64,000 nucleotides of DNA from NCBI RefSeq assembly GCF_001447785.1, contig NW_015160861.1, forward strand, positions 259,411 to 323,410, read 5' to 3'. The DNA comes from Gekko japonicus (lineage: Eukaryota). The translations under genes were made by a program, and so were the position numbers. The first letter of the stretch is position 1. The number at the start of each line of letters is the position of its first letter. The notes under the pieces are model-generated. The model had not been told where the DNA came from and made no database searches. It saw nothing but the letters and a program-made list of their open reading frames with translations. Positions 23,018 to 35,959 of this stretch are shown piece after piece.

Positions 23018-26000
23018 GCTACCCTCTGAAACTATAGGCATATCTGTACTCTTTAAAATTAATTTTCTTTTTCATAGGTATGAAATATTGTCCCCTAATA
23101 CCTATCTCTTTAGCAAGGTTCAGACTCTTTAGCCAGCACCAATTGATTTATTTCTGAACATGGCTCCAGAATGTGAACCAAAAAATATACACAATGGAGC
23201 CATGTATGGAGAAGTGAGATTTTTCTGCAAATCTAGTAGAATAAGAAAAATCTGAAAAAAGTTTTTGTAGTGGAATCTTTTAAATCCTCAAAAATGGAGG
23301 TTGCACAGACCTCACAATTGCAACAAAAAATGATGGCCAATATCTTTTGAGATCATGGTCCACATTTTGAGGGAGATTTTTTTTAAAAAAGAAACCAGTG
23401 AGGGAAGAAAGTTGTAATAAGGAAGAAATACAGGAACAGCAGTAGGGAAAAAGGGGGATAACCAGAAGGCAGGAGAAGGGGTGTCTGGCTCTGGATGACC
23501 AAAAGGCAGGTATGGGAGGAGAAGAGGGGTGTGGCAGGCAAGAGCAACACTTGGAATCATCAATCAGTTGGAAATCATAGGGGATGGAAGAGGATTGAGG
23601 CAGAAATTGCATCCTTCAAGCTTTCTGCTTTAAAGCATCTGCCTCTGCTTTGTCCTAACCCTAACCCAACTATCCTCACTCCCATAAGGTTGGCAGCAGT
23701 GGTAGTGATAAGCAACTTTGAAGAAGATAGCACAGGGAATGCAGTTTCAGCTTCAACCCTCCACCATCCCCTCCACTACCCAGTTGATTAGTGTTCTGGT
23801 CAGAAGATGGTTTAGAAGGGAGAGAAAGTGGCTGCTGGGGTATGTGGAGAGGAAACAGAGAGAAATTGGGGGGGGCAGGGGTTTATGGGCTATCGCCCCC
23901 TGCAAATAGCACGGGTTCCTTCATTATAGTGTCTTACTGCAAATAAATAATTTTTATGCGGCAGTGGTCTTGCTTAACACTTTATAGTTTTACAGTAATT
24001 CCACACATAAAATCTTGTATCCAGGATGTGTACATGCTAGAGCAAAACCCCATTTCTACATCACTTGGTGTTACCACTTCTCCCTCTGTGGCCTCTTTGC
24101 TTTGCATCACTCAGTTATCTAGGACATATCAGAACATCTGATCCAGCATTTGAACTGATGGCCTCTGGCATAGCCATGCACTTTCCAAACCTGTAATCCA
24201 CAAGATGTCTATCACTTTGGTCCCTATCATTTCCTTTTTCTTCAGGGCAGGCCCAATAGCTGACAGCATGTCTCTAAGGCGTGACATATCTAAAAGTAAT
24301 GAAAGCCATTTGTCCTGCAAAAAGGGCAGGAAAAAATGGAAGGAAAGTTGTTTCATCAGTATCTTGAACAACAAATCAGTATGGGGTTTTTTTTGCATTA
24401 TGGTTTATACCCTCTTCCCTCAATTGTTGTAAATCTTGCTTGTTTCTGTTTCATATTATCTTTTCTTAATTCTGCTGTTTGCTTAGGTACTCTCAGTACC
24501 TCATCTTACCTGTTATTTCCTATGTTGCATCCCCTTCACTGGTTCCTATTTCCTTACTGGACCCAGTTTTCTTCATATTTAGGTTTTAAACCCCTTCACT
24601 GTTTGTATTCTTCCATCCTCTCTGTGTATTTGTCTTTTCATCATCTATACTCTGCTGATAGTTTTCTCTCATCTAAACCTGCAGTTATTTCTCCTTTTTC
24701 ATGTCTCTGTCTTTTCTCTCTTGTTATCTCCCTCCCAAGTGTTTGAGCAGTTTAAGAAAAAAATCCTTTGTCTTCTGATCTCTCTTCTTAACTACAAACA
24801 CCTGGCCAACATGTGCCCATTGAATGTGCTGGGGGGGGGGACAAAGCAATACATTTCACCTCAACCTACACATGCTCATTTGAAGATCAGAACTGATCCT
24901 ATGTGTGTATAAACAGTATGTGTGTAGAATTGGTTCTAACCTTTAAGGCTAGGTTGGGGCAGGGCTTGCCCTGCTATTGCTGCCCCCTCCCCATGCCCCA
25001 TGTGTGTACTATTGCATGTGCAGCACTCTTTCCTTCCATCTCTTTCAGTTTTCTGATTATCTTGCTTTTCAGTTTTAAGTTTCTTCATACAGCTTATTTT
25101 TAATTTCGTTACCATACATCACCATGAGTTTGAGTTGCGTTACATTGTTATCAGCATCATATTTCTCACCGCTAACAATAATACATGTGGTTAAGAAGAA
25201 GTTACCATGAGCACACGTGGTGCCTACCAGCAAATATATGAAACACTGTTTACTATGGGATTCATGTGTTCGGCATAAATTCCTTCACTTACTCAAACCA
25301 TCCCCACAAAACATTCCTAAGTGACAAACAAATGAAGGCACTTTGTCTTTATCAACCTGGGGTAAGGGGGAAAAACTAAAGCCTGATTTCCCACAGTTGA
25401 AAGTTTCCAAAGGAGACAATCATGGTTTTTTGGGGGCAGGAATTTTCAAGTATCTGTATTTGTTGTTCACATCACACAACAAAGCCCCTGCTCTCTCACC
25501 CATGTGAACTTCCAATACAGAATGCTGACAATTAAGTTTCTCCCAGTCCAAAAGGTTAATTGCCCTGGTTATTTGACACTGCCTGTCAATTTGATAGGCA
25601 TTAATTATCTGTGTGAGATGAGAGCTGTAGTTTTGATGTCCTAGCATGATGCACATGCTAAAAGGGGAGTGTTCTTTTTCCTGCATACTTCTTTACTCCT
25701 TTTATCCATAAAAGTCAAAAGTGCAGCAGCAAAGCAAAGGGAAAAAACAAAACACAAAGCAATAGGTACAATAGAAAATGGGCATGTGTGTGTGTATCTA
25801 TATATTATATATATCTATATCTATATCTACATCTATAGATGATAGACAGACAGATAATCTGATTTGAAAAATAAGCTCCTTAAAATGCTGTCAGTGCCTA
25901 ATGTGTTTGAGTGACAACCCTTTTCATCAAAGAAAGGTAACCTTTAGAAACATCAGGCTTAGGCTGGGGAGGGGATATATTGAAAACAAGATAGGCAAGA

Positions 26001-26234
26001 AGTAGGCTTTGTATGGAAAAAAAATGGTACAATATCACATTTATGTGCCTAATGCTGCTCTGGACCTCCTAAAAATGCAGTTCTGTGAACCTAGTTACAT
26101 CGTTGAGCTATACGATACTGTCCCAAGACCTTGTCCAGGCCCCAGATTGGGGTTTTTTTAACCCACTGCCAAATCTGGTACTATAAAATTTTGGGGAAAC
26201 CATGAGTTTCTTCCTAGACACCTGTATTCCTCCT

Positions 26235-26633
26235 TGTCAGAACCCACAGCCAACAACGAAGTACACGCATTCAGGAACGGTAATACTTTTATTGCAGAGC
26301 TATAGATGCAGTAACATAATCCCTGTTAAGAATGGCGGTGGCCCCATGGGCATAATAGGATATAGGGTATTCATATGCACCCCCCCACACAGCACTGGCC
26401 AATTAAACACCCTCCCGCACGCGGGATAAAGCTTGGAGACCGTTAGGTAACTAAAGCTGAAAACCAACACTCTCCCACGGCACCTAGGAAAAACCCAGAC
26501 AATACAACTTCCTCCTGCACATCTGTATAGATAAGCATTTCGGTGCAAAGCAGAAAAAGCACAGAAAGGAATGCAGTAGCAATTAACCAGACACAGACCG
26601 AGCTCCCCAACCTTCATGGCAGCATAGCTGACA
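26235..26633 (-). mobile_element. Solo LTR of Gypsy element 2
   Basis: TGTCA...TGACA; 5-bp TSD CTCCT on both sides; TATA, Inr and AATAAA on the minus strand. Confidence 0.92.
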
Positions 26634-27049
26634 CTCCTTAGAAGAGATCTGATACCTTGAAGGGCTTACTGCTCTTGCTTGAATCTTGGGGCTCCTGTTT
26701 TGAGCCCCACAGCACCTGCCACTGATATTACTTGCTCTAGAATTGATGTCACGTGTGGTACCATGGGCCCTGACACCCTGCTGTGTCATTGTCACCAGAT
26801 CAGGTCTATTGAAACACTGAAATAAGTTCTGCTTACCCCTAGGCTCATAGCTGAGAGCACCTGTCACAACTGCATGACAAGACACCATTGGTGTGTTTTT
26901 AATTCTTTAACATAACTCTTAAATTAAGCCAGGACTCCCAGTCACCCTGGTCAGAAAAAGCACAGAAAGGAATGCAGTAGCAATTAACCAGACACAGACC
27001 GAGCTCCCCAACCTTCATGGCAGCATAGCTGACATACTGCCCTCTCTAT

Positions 27050-30000
27050 AATCAGCCTCTCCCAACCATTCCGGGACTGTCGGAATAGTCGTAATAGTCC
27101 AGGGGCCCGAATATCCCCTACTTCCACCCATTTGAGGTGCTGGGGTCTGAAATCCACCCACTCAACCAAATACATCAACTTTCCCCATTTTATCTTAGAG
27201 TCCAGAATCTTAGATATCTCATAATGCTCCTCGCCCTCAATCATGATAAGAGGGGGCACTGGTTTCGATGGATGCCAGGGGCTGGAACCCGAATCACTTT
27301 TCAGGAGGGTGAAATTAAATACAGAATGCAATTTTCTCAATTTTTTTGGCAAGTCCAAATCTACAGCAACATCATTGATGATCTTTTTCACCTTAAATGG
27401 CCCAATGTATTTCCAACCCAACTTCCGATTTGGCCGTAACATCTTGATATTTTTAGTAGAAACATACACAGAGTCACCAGGCTGTAGAGCCCAACCCTCC
27501 ACCCTTCTCTTATCAGCCTGTGCTTTATACGCTTCCTTGGCAGCTGTCAAAGTCTTACACAGTAGAGGCCAAGAGTCCCGCAATTGTTTACACCGTTGAG
27601 CAATGTCCCCCGGCCCCATGTCTGTATCTCCTTCCAGAAATGGGACAGGCGGGCTGTCATAACCATACAGCGCCTTAAACAGGGACATCGCCGTGGAAGA
27701 GTGACAAGTATTATTATAACAGAATTCGGCTAGGGGCAACAAGTCATTCCAATTGTCCTGTTGATAGTTGGGAAAACAACTCAGATATTGTTCCAAAGTC
27801 TGATTAACCCTTTCTGTCTGGCCATCGGTTTCTGGATGGTAAGCGCTGCTAAGGCCGCGTTCCACTCCCATCAGTTTCATCAGCTCCCCCCAGAATCGGG
27901 AGACGAACTGAGTCCCCCGGTCGGAGACCACCTTGGTGGGGAGCATGTGTAACCTCACCACATGCAGGAGGAACACCTTTGCCAGTGTTTTAGCCATGGG
28001 TAGTGAAGTGAACGGAATGAAATAGATCCACTACCACCCAAATCACAGTCATTGATTTGCTCAGCGGTAAGTCAGTTATAAAATCCATAGAGATAACTTC
28101 CCAGGGTCGACTCAGATTAGGAAGCGGGTGTAACAGTCCCGGGGTTTTCCCCAGCCTGGGTTTACTCATGGCACAGATTTGGCATGACTGAGCAAAGGAG
28201 GATAAATCCTTGCGCATTTGTGGCCACCAAAACTGCCTTTGGAGTAATTGAAGGGATTTAATGAATCCCGAGTGTCCGGACAGTTTGGAGCCATACACTG
28301 CCTGTAACACCTCACCTCTGAGCGAAAGGGGAATGAACAACAGCCATTGTCTCGTAATTCAAAATCCCCCTCCGCTTCAAGAACTGCTTTATCCCCCTCT
28401 GAAAGGGCAGAGGCGAATTTACTGTGCCAAGTGTCTTTTGCCTCCTTCCCCACCTCAGCAGGAGCCGGGTGCAACGTCACAGGGGGTCAAGAGGTTAGGC
28501 GGGCCTGGCTGCGAGTCATCACCGCCCCACCCAGCTGTAAGGATGTGAACACTGAGTCCAAGACTACATCTCGTTGGCTGTCGTGTTGGGGTAGGTGGGA
28601 CAGGGCATCAGCCAAAGAGTTTGCAGAACCCGGGAAATGGTGCAAGGTGAATTGAAACTTGGAAAAGAAATCGGCCCACTGGAGCTGTTTGGCATTTAGG
28701 CATTGAGGTGTTTTAAGAGTTTCTAAGTTCTTGTGATCAGTCCACACCTCGAACGGGACTCTCACCTCCTCCAACCAATGCCTCCACGTGGATAGGGCGA
28801 GCTTTATTGCCCCTGCCTCCTTTTCCCATACCGACCAGTTATGTTCCGTGTCATTGAATTTCCTTGACACGTAAGCTAATGGATGCAACAAGCCATCCCC
28901 CCCTTCTTGCAAAATCGCCCCCCTATGGCAACATCAGACGCATCAGTTTGCACAACAAATTTTTTCGTTTCATCGGGGTGGGCAAAAACTGGTTCCAAGG
29001 TGAACAAGGCTCAAACGCCTCCTGACACTCTGTACTCCATGGCAGCGTGGCGCTCGGCTTAGTAGCCTCCAGCCCCCTCCCCTTAGTTTTTAGCAGATCT
29101 GTGAGGGGTAAGCTGACCTAGGTGAAATTGGGTTAAAAGGTTCTGTAGAAGTTTGCAAAACCGAGGAAGGATTGGAGCTGTCATCAGGTTCGGGGCACCT
29201 CCCAACCCAACACGTCACGAACTTTCCTCGGGTCCATCTCTAGGCCCCGGTCAGAGATCCGATATCCCAAGAAGTCAAGGTGCATTTTGTGAAATTCACA
29301 TTTTGACAGCTTAGCGAACAGTTTGTGCTTGTGCAACGTGGTTAAGACCTCCCTCACTAATTTCGGGGGAGTACAGCAATATATCATCTAGGTAAACAAG
29401 CACCCCCTTGAATAAGTGTTTGTGCAATACTTCATTGATCAGGTTCATGAAGACCCCCGGGGCCCCCTGAAGGCTGAAGGGCATCACCTGGTACTCGAAC
29501 TGGCTGAGGGGGGTGTTGAAAGCGGTCTCATCCCCTACCGTAATGCACACCCAAAAGTAGGCATCTCGAAGGTCAAGCTTAGAGAAGATTTTTCCTTTTG
29601 CCGCTTCTGTGCGCAAGTCTTTAATCAACGGCATGGGATAGGCATTAGTGGAAGACACTGCATTTAAGCCCCGGTAATCCATGCAGAGTCACAGCCCCCC
29701 ATCCTTTTTCTTTCGGAACAGTACCGGGGCCGTGTAGGGGGACAAGGCCAGTCGGATGAACCCACGGGCTAAGTTCTTGTCAATGAACTTGCGCAGTTCC
29801 TCCTTTTTGGCCGGTCCCATTGCATAAATGCGCCCCTTGGGTAGTTTCTGCCCCAGTAACAGTTCAATGCTACAGTCTGAATGTCTATGCAGGCGGAGTT
29901 CATCTGCCTCCGCCTCCTCCTCGAACACCCTAGTCAAATCCCGATACTCGGGGGGAATGGCGAGCAGTTCCTCCTGAGCTAGACATACTCTAGGGCCTTC

Positions 30001-30480
30001 AACTATTGGCTTCTGGCCCCATTCCGGGTCCCACCTGTGGCCCCAGCACTTAGGTGAAATGAACTGTACCTTCCCTTCATCCCACAAGATGTAGGGATCG
30101 TGCCCGTGCAGCCACGGGACCTCAAGGACTAGCGGGAATTTGGCGGCTGAGGTGATCATGAATGCTCTGTCCTCTCAGTGATCCCCCGCCCCAATCCGCA
30201 ATGGTACAGTCTCGTACTCACACGGGTCTTTCATTGTAGAGCCATCCATTTGTGTAACTATCCGGGGGTCTTTCAACTTCACCACCCCAGCCTCCAACCC
30301 CGTAACCAGGGAGGGGTTAATCAGATCCCTCCCACACCTCGAGTCAATCAGGGCTCTCACCCGTATATGCGTTCCGAGGCTGGGGTTAATCAAAGTCACA
30401 GTCCCAAAAAACAAGGAGGGAAAACTGCTCACCACATTAGGCGCCTCCGGGATTGGGCCCTGCTGATTCGCGCCTCTTAA
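27050..30480 (-). pseudogene. pol remnant (PR-RT-RH-IN-chromodomain)
   Basis: ALIDSRC; VYLDDILLY; WTDHKNL; SMDFITDLP; VVSDRGTQF; YEISKILDS...YLVEW. Several stops and frameshifts. Confidence 0.93.
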
Positions 30481-31933
30481 AGCAAGACTAATCCGTTTCC
30501 CGCCGGCTCGGGGTCGTCTCCGTGGGATTCCCCCTCTCCTTCTTCAGGAGCTGCCTGCAGGGCTTTGGCATATTTTGGCTTTCCAGTTGGCTTTTTCGCT
30601 GGCGTGGCAGGGCGCACCTTTGCAGGTTCACTTGGCCCCTGTTTCCCGGGCCCCATCCTGCCACAGCTGGCCACGAAATGGTCCCGCTCTCTGGCTGCCA
30701 GGAGTTTCCCCCCTGCCGTATCGGTTTCCCCTTCGTCACTTGGGGTGTAGGCCGACCTCCTGCTGTCGCGATATCCAAGCATAGGGTGTGCAGCCGGGTT
30801 TCTGCACTCTCCGCCTCTTGCATCCAGGCTGGGAAGGATACTGGGTCAACAGCCCTCAGGACCGTCTCCCTTATTTCGGGATTCAGCCCCACTCTGTACA
30901 GTTCCGCCAACACAGGATCAGGCCAAATTTGCACTTTGGCCGTGTCTAGCTTAAACTCTGAGGAATATTCCCTCACCGATCACCTACCTTGCTTCAGGGT
31001 TCGCAGGAACGCCTTCGCCTTGGGCCCAGCGTTCTGGTCTTCAAACTGGGCTCGCAACACCCACATAAAAGCATCCAGATTCATTCGTTCTGGACCCTGG
31101 GTGTTGTGCAGCCCCACATACCAAGCTGCCGCAGGGCCCCGGCGCCTAGCCGCCACCACATCTTCTCGGCTGCTGTCATCTGTTCCACAAACTTCATCAC
31201 TCGAACCACGAAGTAGGAGAGTTCCTCTGGGTTCCCATCAAAGGTGGTTTCGATGAGGTATTTCGGGTGAGGTATTGCCCGTTCCCTTGGACTGCCGGGT
31301 CGTGGCACTGGAACCGGGACATCAGGCGGGCCTAGGTGTGAGGCATCCTCAGGCCGGGGCAGCTGCGGCAGTGGGGGCGGAAGGGCAACAGGCCCTGCTG
31401 GGACCGCCGGCTGGGGCTCCCTCTCCTCCCTGATTCTCCAAAGTCTGCTGCAGTTGCCTTCTCTCTTGATCCGCCACCTCCATCTTCTGCGCCAGTTCCA
31501 GTCCCTCCTCCAGGGACACACAGCCACTTCTCGCTTTCGTCCTCTCCGTCATCCATGCCCCGGGCAACGGCTTGAATGGGGCCCCAAAGGGGGGGAAAAA
31601 ACCTGCTGTGGAAAATCCCCAGTTGAATCAGCTGTCTCTCAGTGGCCCCTGCATGAGCATATAAGTCTCTGCTGTAGAGTCCGGGTGCAACTGCCTCCAG
31701 CTGGAGCTTTGCCGGTAACCATGGCTAGGCATCCCCCTCGGCCCCATCGGGGTCAGAAACACCAGGGTCGATGTCGTCTTAGAAACGGCTCCAGTGTCAG
31801 CTGCAGTTACCGACGCCGTAGTAGTCACCAGCACAGTTGCCTGGGTCGTGGAAGTCCCCCCACCGGTCATGGTAGGGATTGGGCTCCCCCCAGAGTTGTC
31901 CTTAGCAATTGGTTTCTCCTCTCCGTTACTCAT
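30477..31933 (-). pseudogene. gag remnant
   Basis: TFDGNPEELSYF, REYSSEF and C-terminal PEPAGNGLVLL*; frameshifted. Confidence 0.85.
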
Positions 31934-32627
31934 CTTGGTTGTGGAGAGATGCACGGAGATAGAGAATGAAGGATTCTTAACAGAATGTTTTTAATTCTTT
32001 AACATAACTCTTAAATTAAGCCAGAACTCCCAGTCACCCTGGTCATAAGATATTTGAGAAAGACTCTTTTTGTGGGAGGGGTGTTTTTTTAAAAAAATAA
32101 ATGCCTGATTCCTGTAGACCACCGTCCATATTTTTGTGAAGAGTTGGCTGTAATTTTCATAACCAGATTGAGTGCATCAGTCTAAATGTATAATTCCCAG
32201 CCTAGCACACAGGCATTTTCACTCACATGTCATATTGTCTGGTTTCTGAATTGGCAGGTAATTGGAAATAGCTGGCATCCTAATGAGCTGAATAGTCAAT
32301 CATCACAAAATTATGCAAAACTCATTAAAATGTGTACTTGCGATTAACTGGGGCAGACTGAGGCATTATTACCTATTTTCTTTTCCTGTGAGGTCACTCA
32401 GATGTTCTCTAATTATCTGTTCTTTGTGTTCATAACTATTTTTTATTGTGGAGGTCATGTTCCACTAAGAGTGGTATACAATGTGCTCCATCATTTTCAC
32501 TCCCATATTCTATTTTTTCCAATTCAAAGACAATATTTGTTAATGCTGCATTCCACTGGAGCTGGTGATGTGTCACTGTAGCCATTGCTAGTAGAGCTAC
32601 TTTACAGGGCAGGGCAGACAACATTAA

Positions 32628-33094
32628 CAGTTTTGGGCACCACAGAAGAGGGAGACCAGGATGGTTAGAGGGTTGGAATCCAAGTCTTACAAGGAAAGCC
32701 TGAAAGAGTTGGGTATGTTTAGCCTGGGAAAGAGAAGGCTTAGAGGGGACATGATTGCAGTCTTCAAATATTTGAAGGGCTGTCATGTAGAAGATGGAGC
32801 AGATCTATTCTCTCTTGCTCCGGATTGCAAGACTAGATCTAATGGGTGGAAATTACAAGGGCGTCGTTACCGGCTAAATATCAGGAGAAACTTCCTAACT
32901 GTAAGAGTAGTTGAGCAGTTGAACAGACTGCCTCAGGAGGTGGTGGATGCTCCTTTGCTGGACGTTTTTCAAGCGGAGGCTGGATGACCATCTTTCGGGT
33001 ATGTTGTAGGGCTATCTTTCGGCTATGCTCCTGCAGAGAGCAGGGGTTGGACTAGATGACCTGCAAGGTCCCTTCCAACTGTAACATTCTATGA
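32628..33094 (+). mobile_element. CR1 3' end, same young subfamily as 986-1640
   Basis: ORF 32661-32987 nearly identical in peptide to ORF 1078-1635; ATTCTATG tail. Confidence 0.95.
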
Positions 33095-33301
33095 GAGGTT
33101 CTGCTGTGTTTCTTCTAAACTTTTTACAGCTGCAGGTGTTGATTAGGTGACTTTTAAAGACAGTTATCAATCAAACAATCAGAAAAGCTTTCCACCTCAA
33201 ACTCAGTCCTAAATCCAGATTGAAATGGATCTAGATAATCCATCTCCTCCAAGACAACCTAAAGCTGCATAGCTACCATCAACTTGTGCACCTTGCCAAC
33301 A

Positions 33302-33675
33302 TGTCAGAGTCCCGCAGCAATCAGTTCTCATCAACGTACTTTCAGAAAGACTCAAGTTTATTGAGACAGTAAAGGCAGGTCATCTGTGCATACACTCTGT
33401 GTCAGAACTGATTGCAAGCGTGTGAAATGGGTAGTTATACAAAATTCAAAGGGGTCCCTCTGATGGGTCTGAGCCAATCAGGGAATAAGCTAAAGCCTAC
33501 CTAAGTTAATGGGTTTGCTTTCCTAGCGAAAGCAGCAGCAAAATACCAAGGTCACCAGCCTAAGCTAGCATATAAAATGAGACAGGAAGAAAGGAATGCT
33601 AAGATTCCATTACAGCAACAGACTATCCATCAGTTTCTCCCCCCTCCACTAGCTATAACAACAGCCTAGCTGACA
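33302..33675 (-). mobile_element. Solo LTR (Gypsy, sushi-like)
   Basis: TGTCA...TGACA; flanks CAACA / CAATG, consistent with a CpG-decayed CAACG TSD; AATAAA on the minus strand at ~33357. Confidence 0.8.
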
Positions 33676-34203
33676 CAATGAACACAACGTTGGTCACATG
33701 GAATTCTGCAGTGGGTCAAATAACTCCCTTTAGGTAATTTCTGTTCTGGGTAGCAGCATGGGAGTGAAGCTTGTTCTGTACCACACCGATGGGTCTGAGC
33801 CAATCAGGGAATAAGCTAAAGCCCACCTAAGCTAATGGGTTTGCTTTCCCAGCGAAAGCAGCAGCAAAATACCAAGGTCACCAGCCTAAGCTAGCATATA
33901 AAATGAGACAGGAAGAAAGGAATGCTAAGATTCCATTACAGCAACAGACTATCCATCAGCTTCTCCCCCCTCCACTAGCTATAACAACAGCCTAGCTGAC
34001 ACAATGAACACAACGTTGGTCACATGGAATTCTGCAGTGGGAGACAGGAAGAAAGGAATGCTAAGATTCCATTACAGCAACAGACTATCCATCAGCTTCT
34101 CCCCCCTCCACTAGCTATAACAACAGCCTAGCTGACACAATGAACACAACGTTGGTCACATGGAATTCTGCAGTGGGAGTGAAGCTTGTTCTGTACCACA
34201 CCG
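33462..34203 (+). repeat. Complex local tandem duplications of the LTR end and flank
   Basis: 33462-33715 repeated at 33788-34041, partially again at 34041-34177; a ~30-bp block at 33759-33788 recurs at ~34175-34203. Confidence 0.9.
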
Positions 34204-34829
34204 CAGTTCCAATCCAGAGAAAGAACACTGCACACAGAAAAAGAGAACACACGAATAACATATGACTGTAACAGAGTTCACAGATTAGGTCCAGTGTCCC
34301 CACACTATGAACTCAGCCTTATAGAAATCATCCCTAGTGTCTTTTCTGCAGTGGCCTTCAGATGGCTTCTATGTAGCAATCTTGTTGGGTAGCACATATT
34401 TTTGGAAGTTTTTAATCTTAGAGAGCTGTATCATTTGCTCCCGTTCCACCTGGGCTGATAGGCTTCTGGCATCACAGTGCAAGGGTGCAGTGACAGAGAG
34501 GAGATTCCAGCCAGTACAACAGAACTCATTAAACAATATTATTGAATGAAAGAGGGTTGTCTAAAGCATCTGGCTGCAAATGTAATCAAATTTTTTAAAT
34601 GCAATTGTTATTCAATAGTGCAACGGCCTTGCTTTCCTTGATGCTTATGTACATCAATAAGGTAAATTTCACTATCAAATGAAGTCAGGCTGCAAGTAAA
34701 AATCCTGTTATGCTCACATCTACACCAGAGGTGACAGAGGAAATAAAAACAACAAGCTCTAGAAAGAGGCTCTGGGAGAGTGCCAAGGCCTTGGGCACTC
34801 AGCGTCAATGTGCTGTGGCAACCTCAGCA

Positions 34830-35703
34830 GGGTATAATGACCATTTTCCACCATTTTCTCCAGAGGAACTGATATCTGCTACCTGAGGAGCAGTTGTAAT
34901 TTTCAGTGATCTCCAGGCAACAATGGTTACCCAGGAAGAAATGGCTGATTTGGAGGGTGAAGTCTATGGCATTGTACGTGTCTGAGGTCCCACCCCTCCT
35001 CCCCTCAAATCTGCTCCAGGTTCCATCCCTCAAATCTCCAGGAATATCCCACCTGGAGTTGGCAACCCTATCTCCTTCCCAGCCAATCATCAACCTACCT
35101 TTATTTCCCCCTCACTCTTCAGCTTTCCATTTTCCCCACACACACACACCTGCAGCCTCTTCTGTGCTCTGAAGCCCTGACTGCCACAGAGTCCACCATT
35201 TTCTCCAGGGGAATGGATCTCTGCCATCTGGAGAGCAGTTGTAATTCTGAGTGATCTCCAGCCCTCACCTGGAGATTGGCAACAATGGTTTCCCAGGAGG
35301 TAAAGGAGTCTTTCTCTGCAATGGGGACCAAAGCAGCTTACATCATTCTCCTCTCCCCCTTTTGACTTGCACAATAAGCCTGTGAGGTAGGTTAGGCTGA
35401 AAGTCTGTGACTGGTCCAAAATCACTCACTCAACTTCTACAGCAAGAACCTGGATCTAGCGGACCCTGCTCTGAAGCACTGACTGCTACGCCTAGGGCAG
35501 CCAACCTCCAGGTGGAGCCTGAAGATCACCGGGTATCACAACTGAACTCCAGACAACAGATCTCCCCCCCCCCCGATAAAATAACTGCTTTGGAAGGTGG
35601 GCTGTATGGCATTCTGTTCAGCTGAGGGCTCTCCCCTCCCCAAACCCTGGCTTCCATAGGCTCTACCAGAAAATCTCCAGGAATCTCCCTACCTGGAGCT
35701 GGC
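34830..35703. repeat. Cluster of degenerate TAGGGTTGCCAAC-type non-autonomous repeat fragments
   Basis: Recurrent AAATCTCCAGGAAT...CCTGGAG and TTGGCAACCCTA. Confidence 0.55.
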
Positions 35704-35959
35704 TATGTGACTATTGGCTATGTGACTATCTAATCAGAGCGGGAGTTTCCTCAGCAAGTAGCAGTGCTGTTGGGTAGGTATGGTTAGCTTTTATAGTTTG
35801 GTGCTGGATAATGCAATACTAGTGAAATGCTTAGTCATGGCTGATGCCTTCCTAATGGAATGCTTAGTCATGGTTACATATAGACCAACTAACAGTGTGG
35901 CAGTAGATACAGACATTAAATCCATTTGAACATTAAATGAATTTAACACAGGAACAGCA

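Larger units (their letters stand above)
26952..31985 (-). mobile_element. Gypsy chromovirus element 2: complete internal region with only 83 bp of LTR
   Basis: 26952-27034 equals 26551-26633; PPT adjacent; gag-pol on the minus strand; flanked by a 60-bp direct repeat. Confidence 0.92.

Noticed and set aside
25786-25856. TG/TA/ATCT microsatellite
   Set aside because: Ordinary simple repeat.
30522-31969. Long plus-strand ORFs (244 aa, 171 aa) as antisense genes
   Set aside because: They are shadow frames of GC-rich gag with no recognisable domain.
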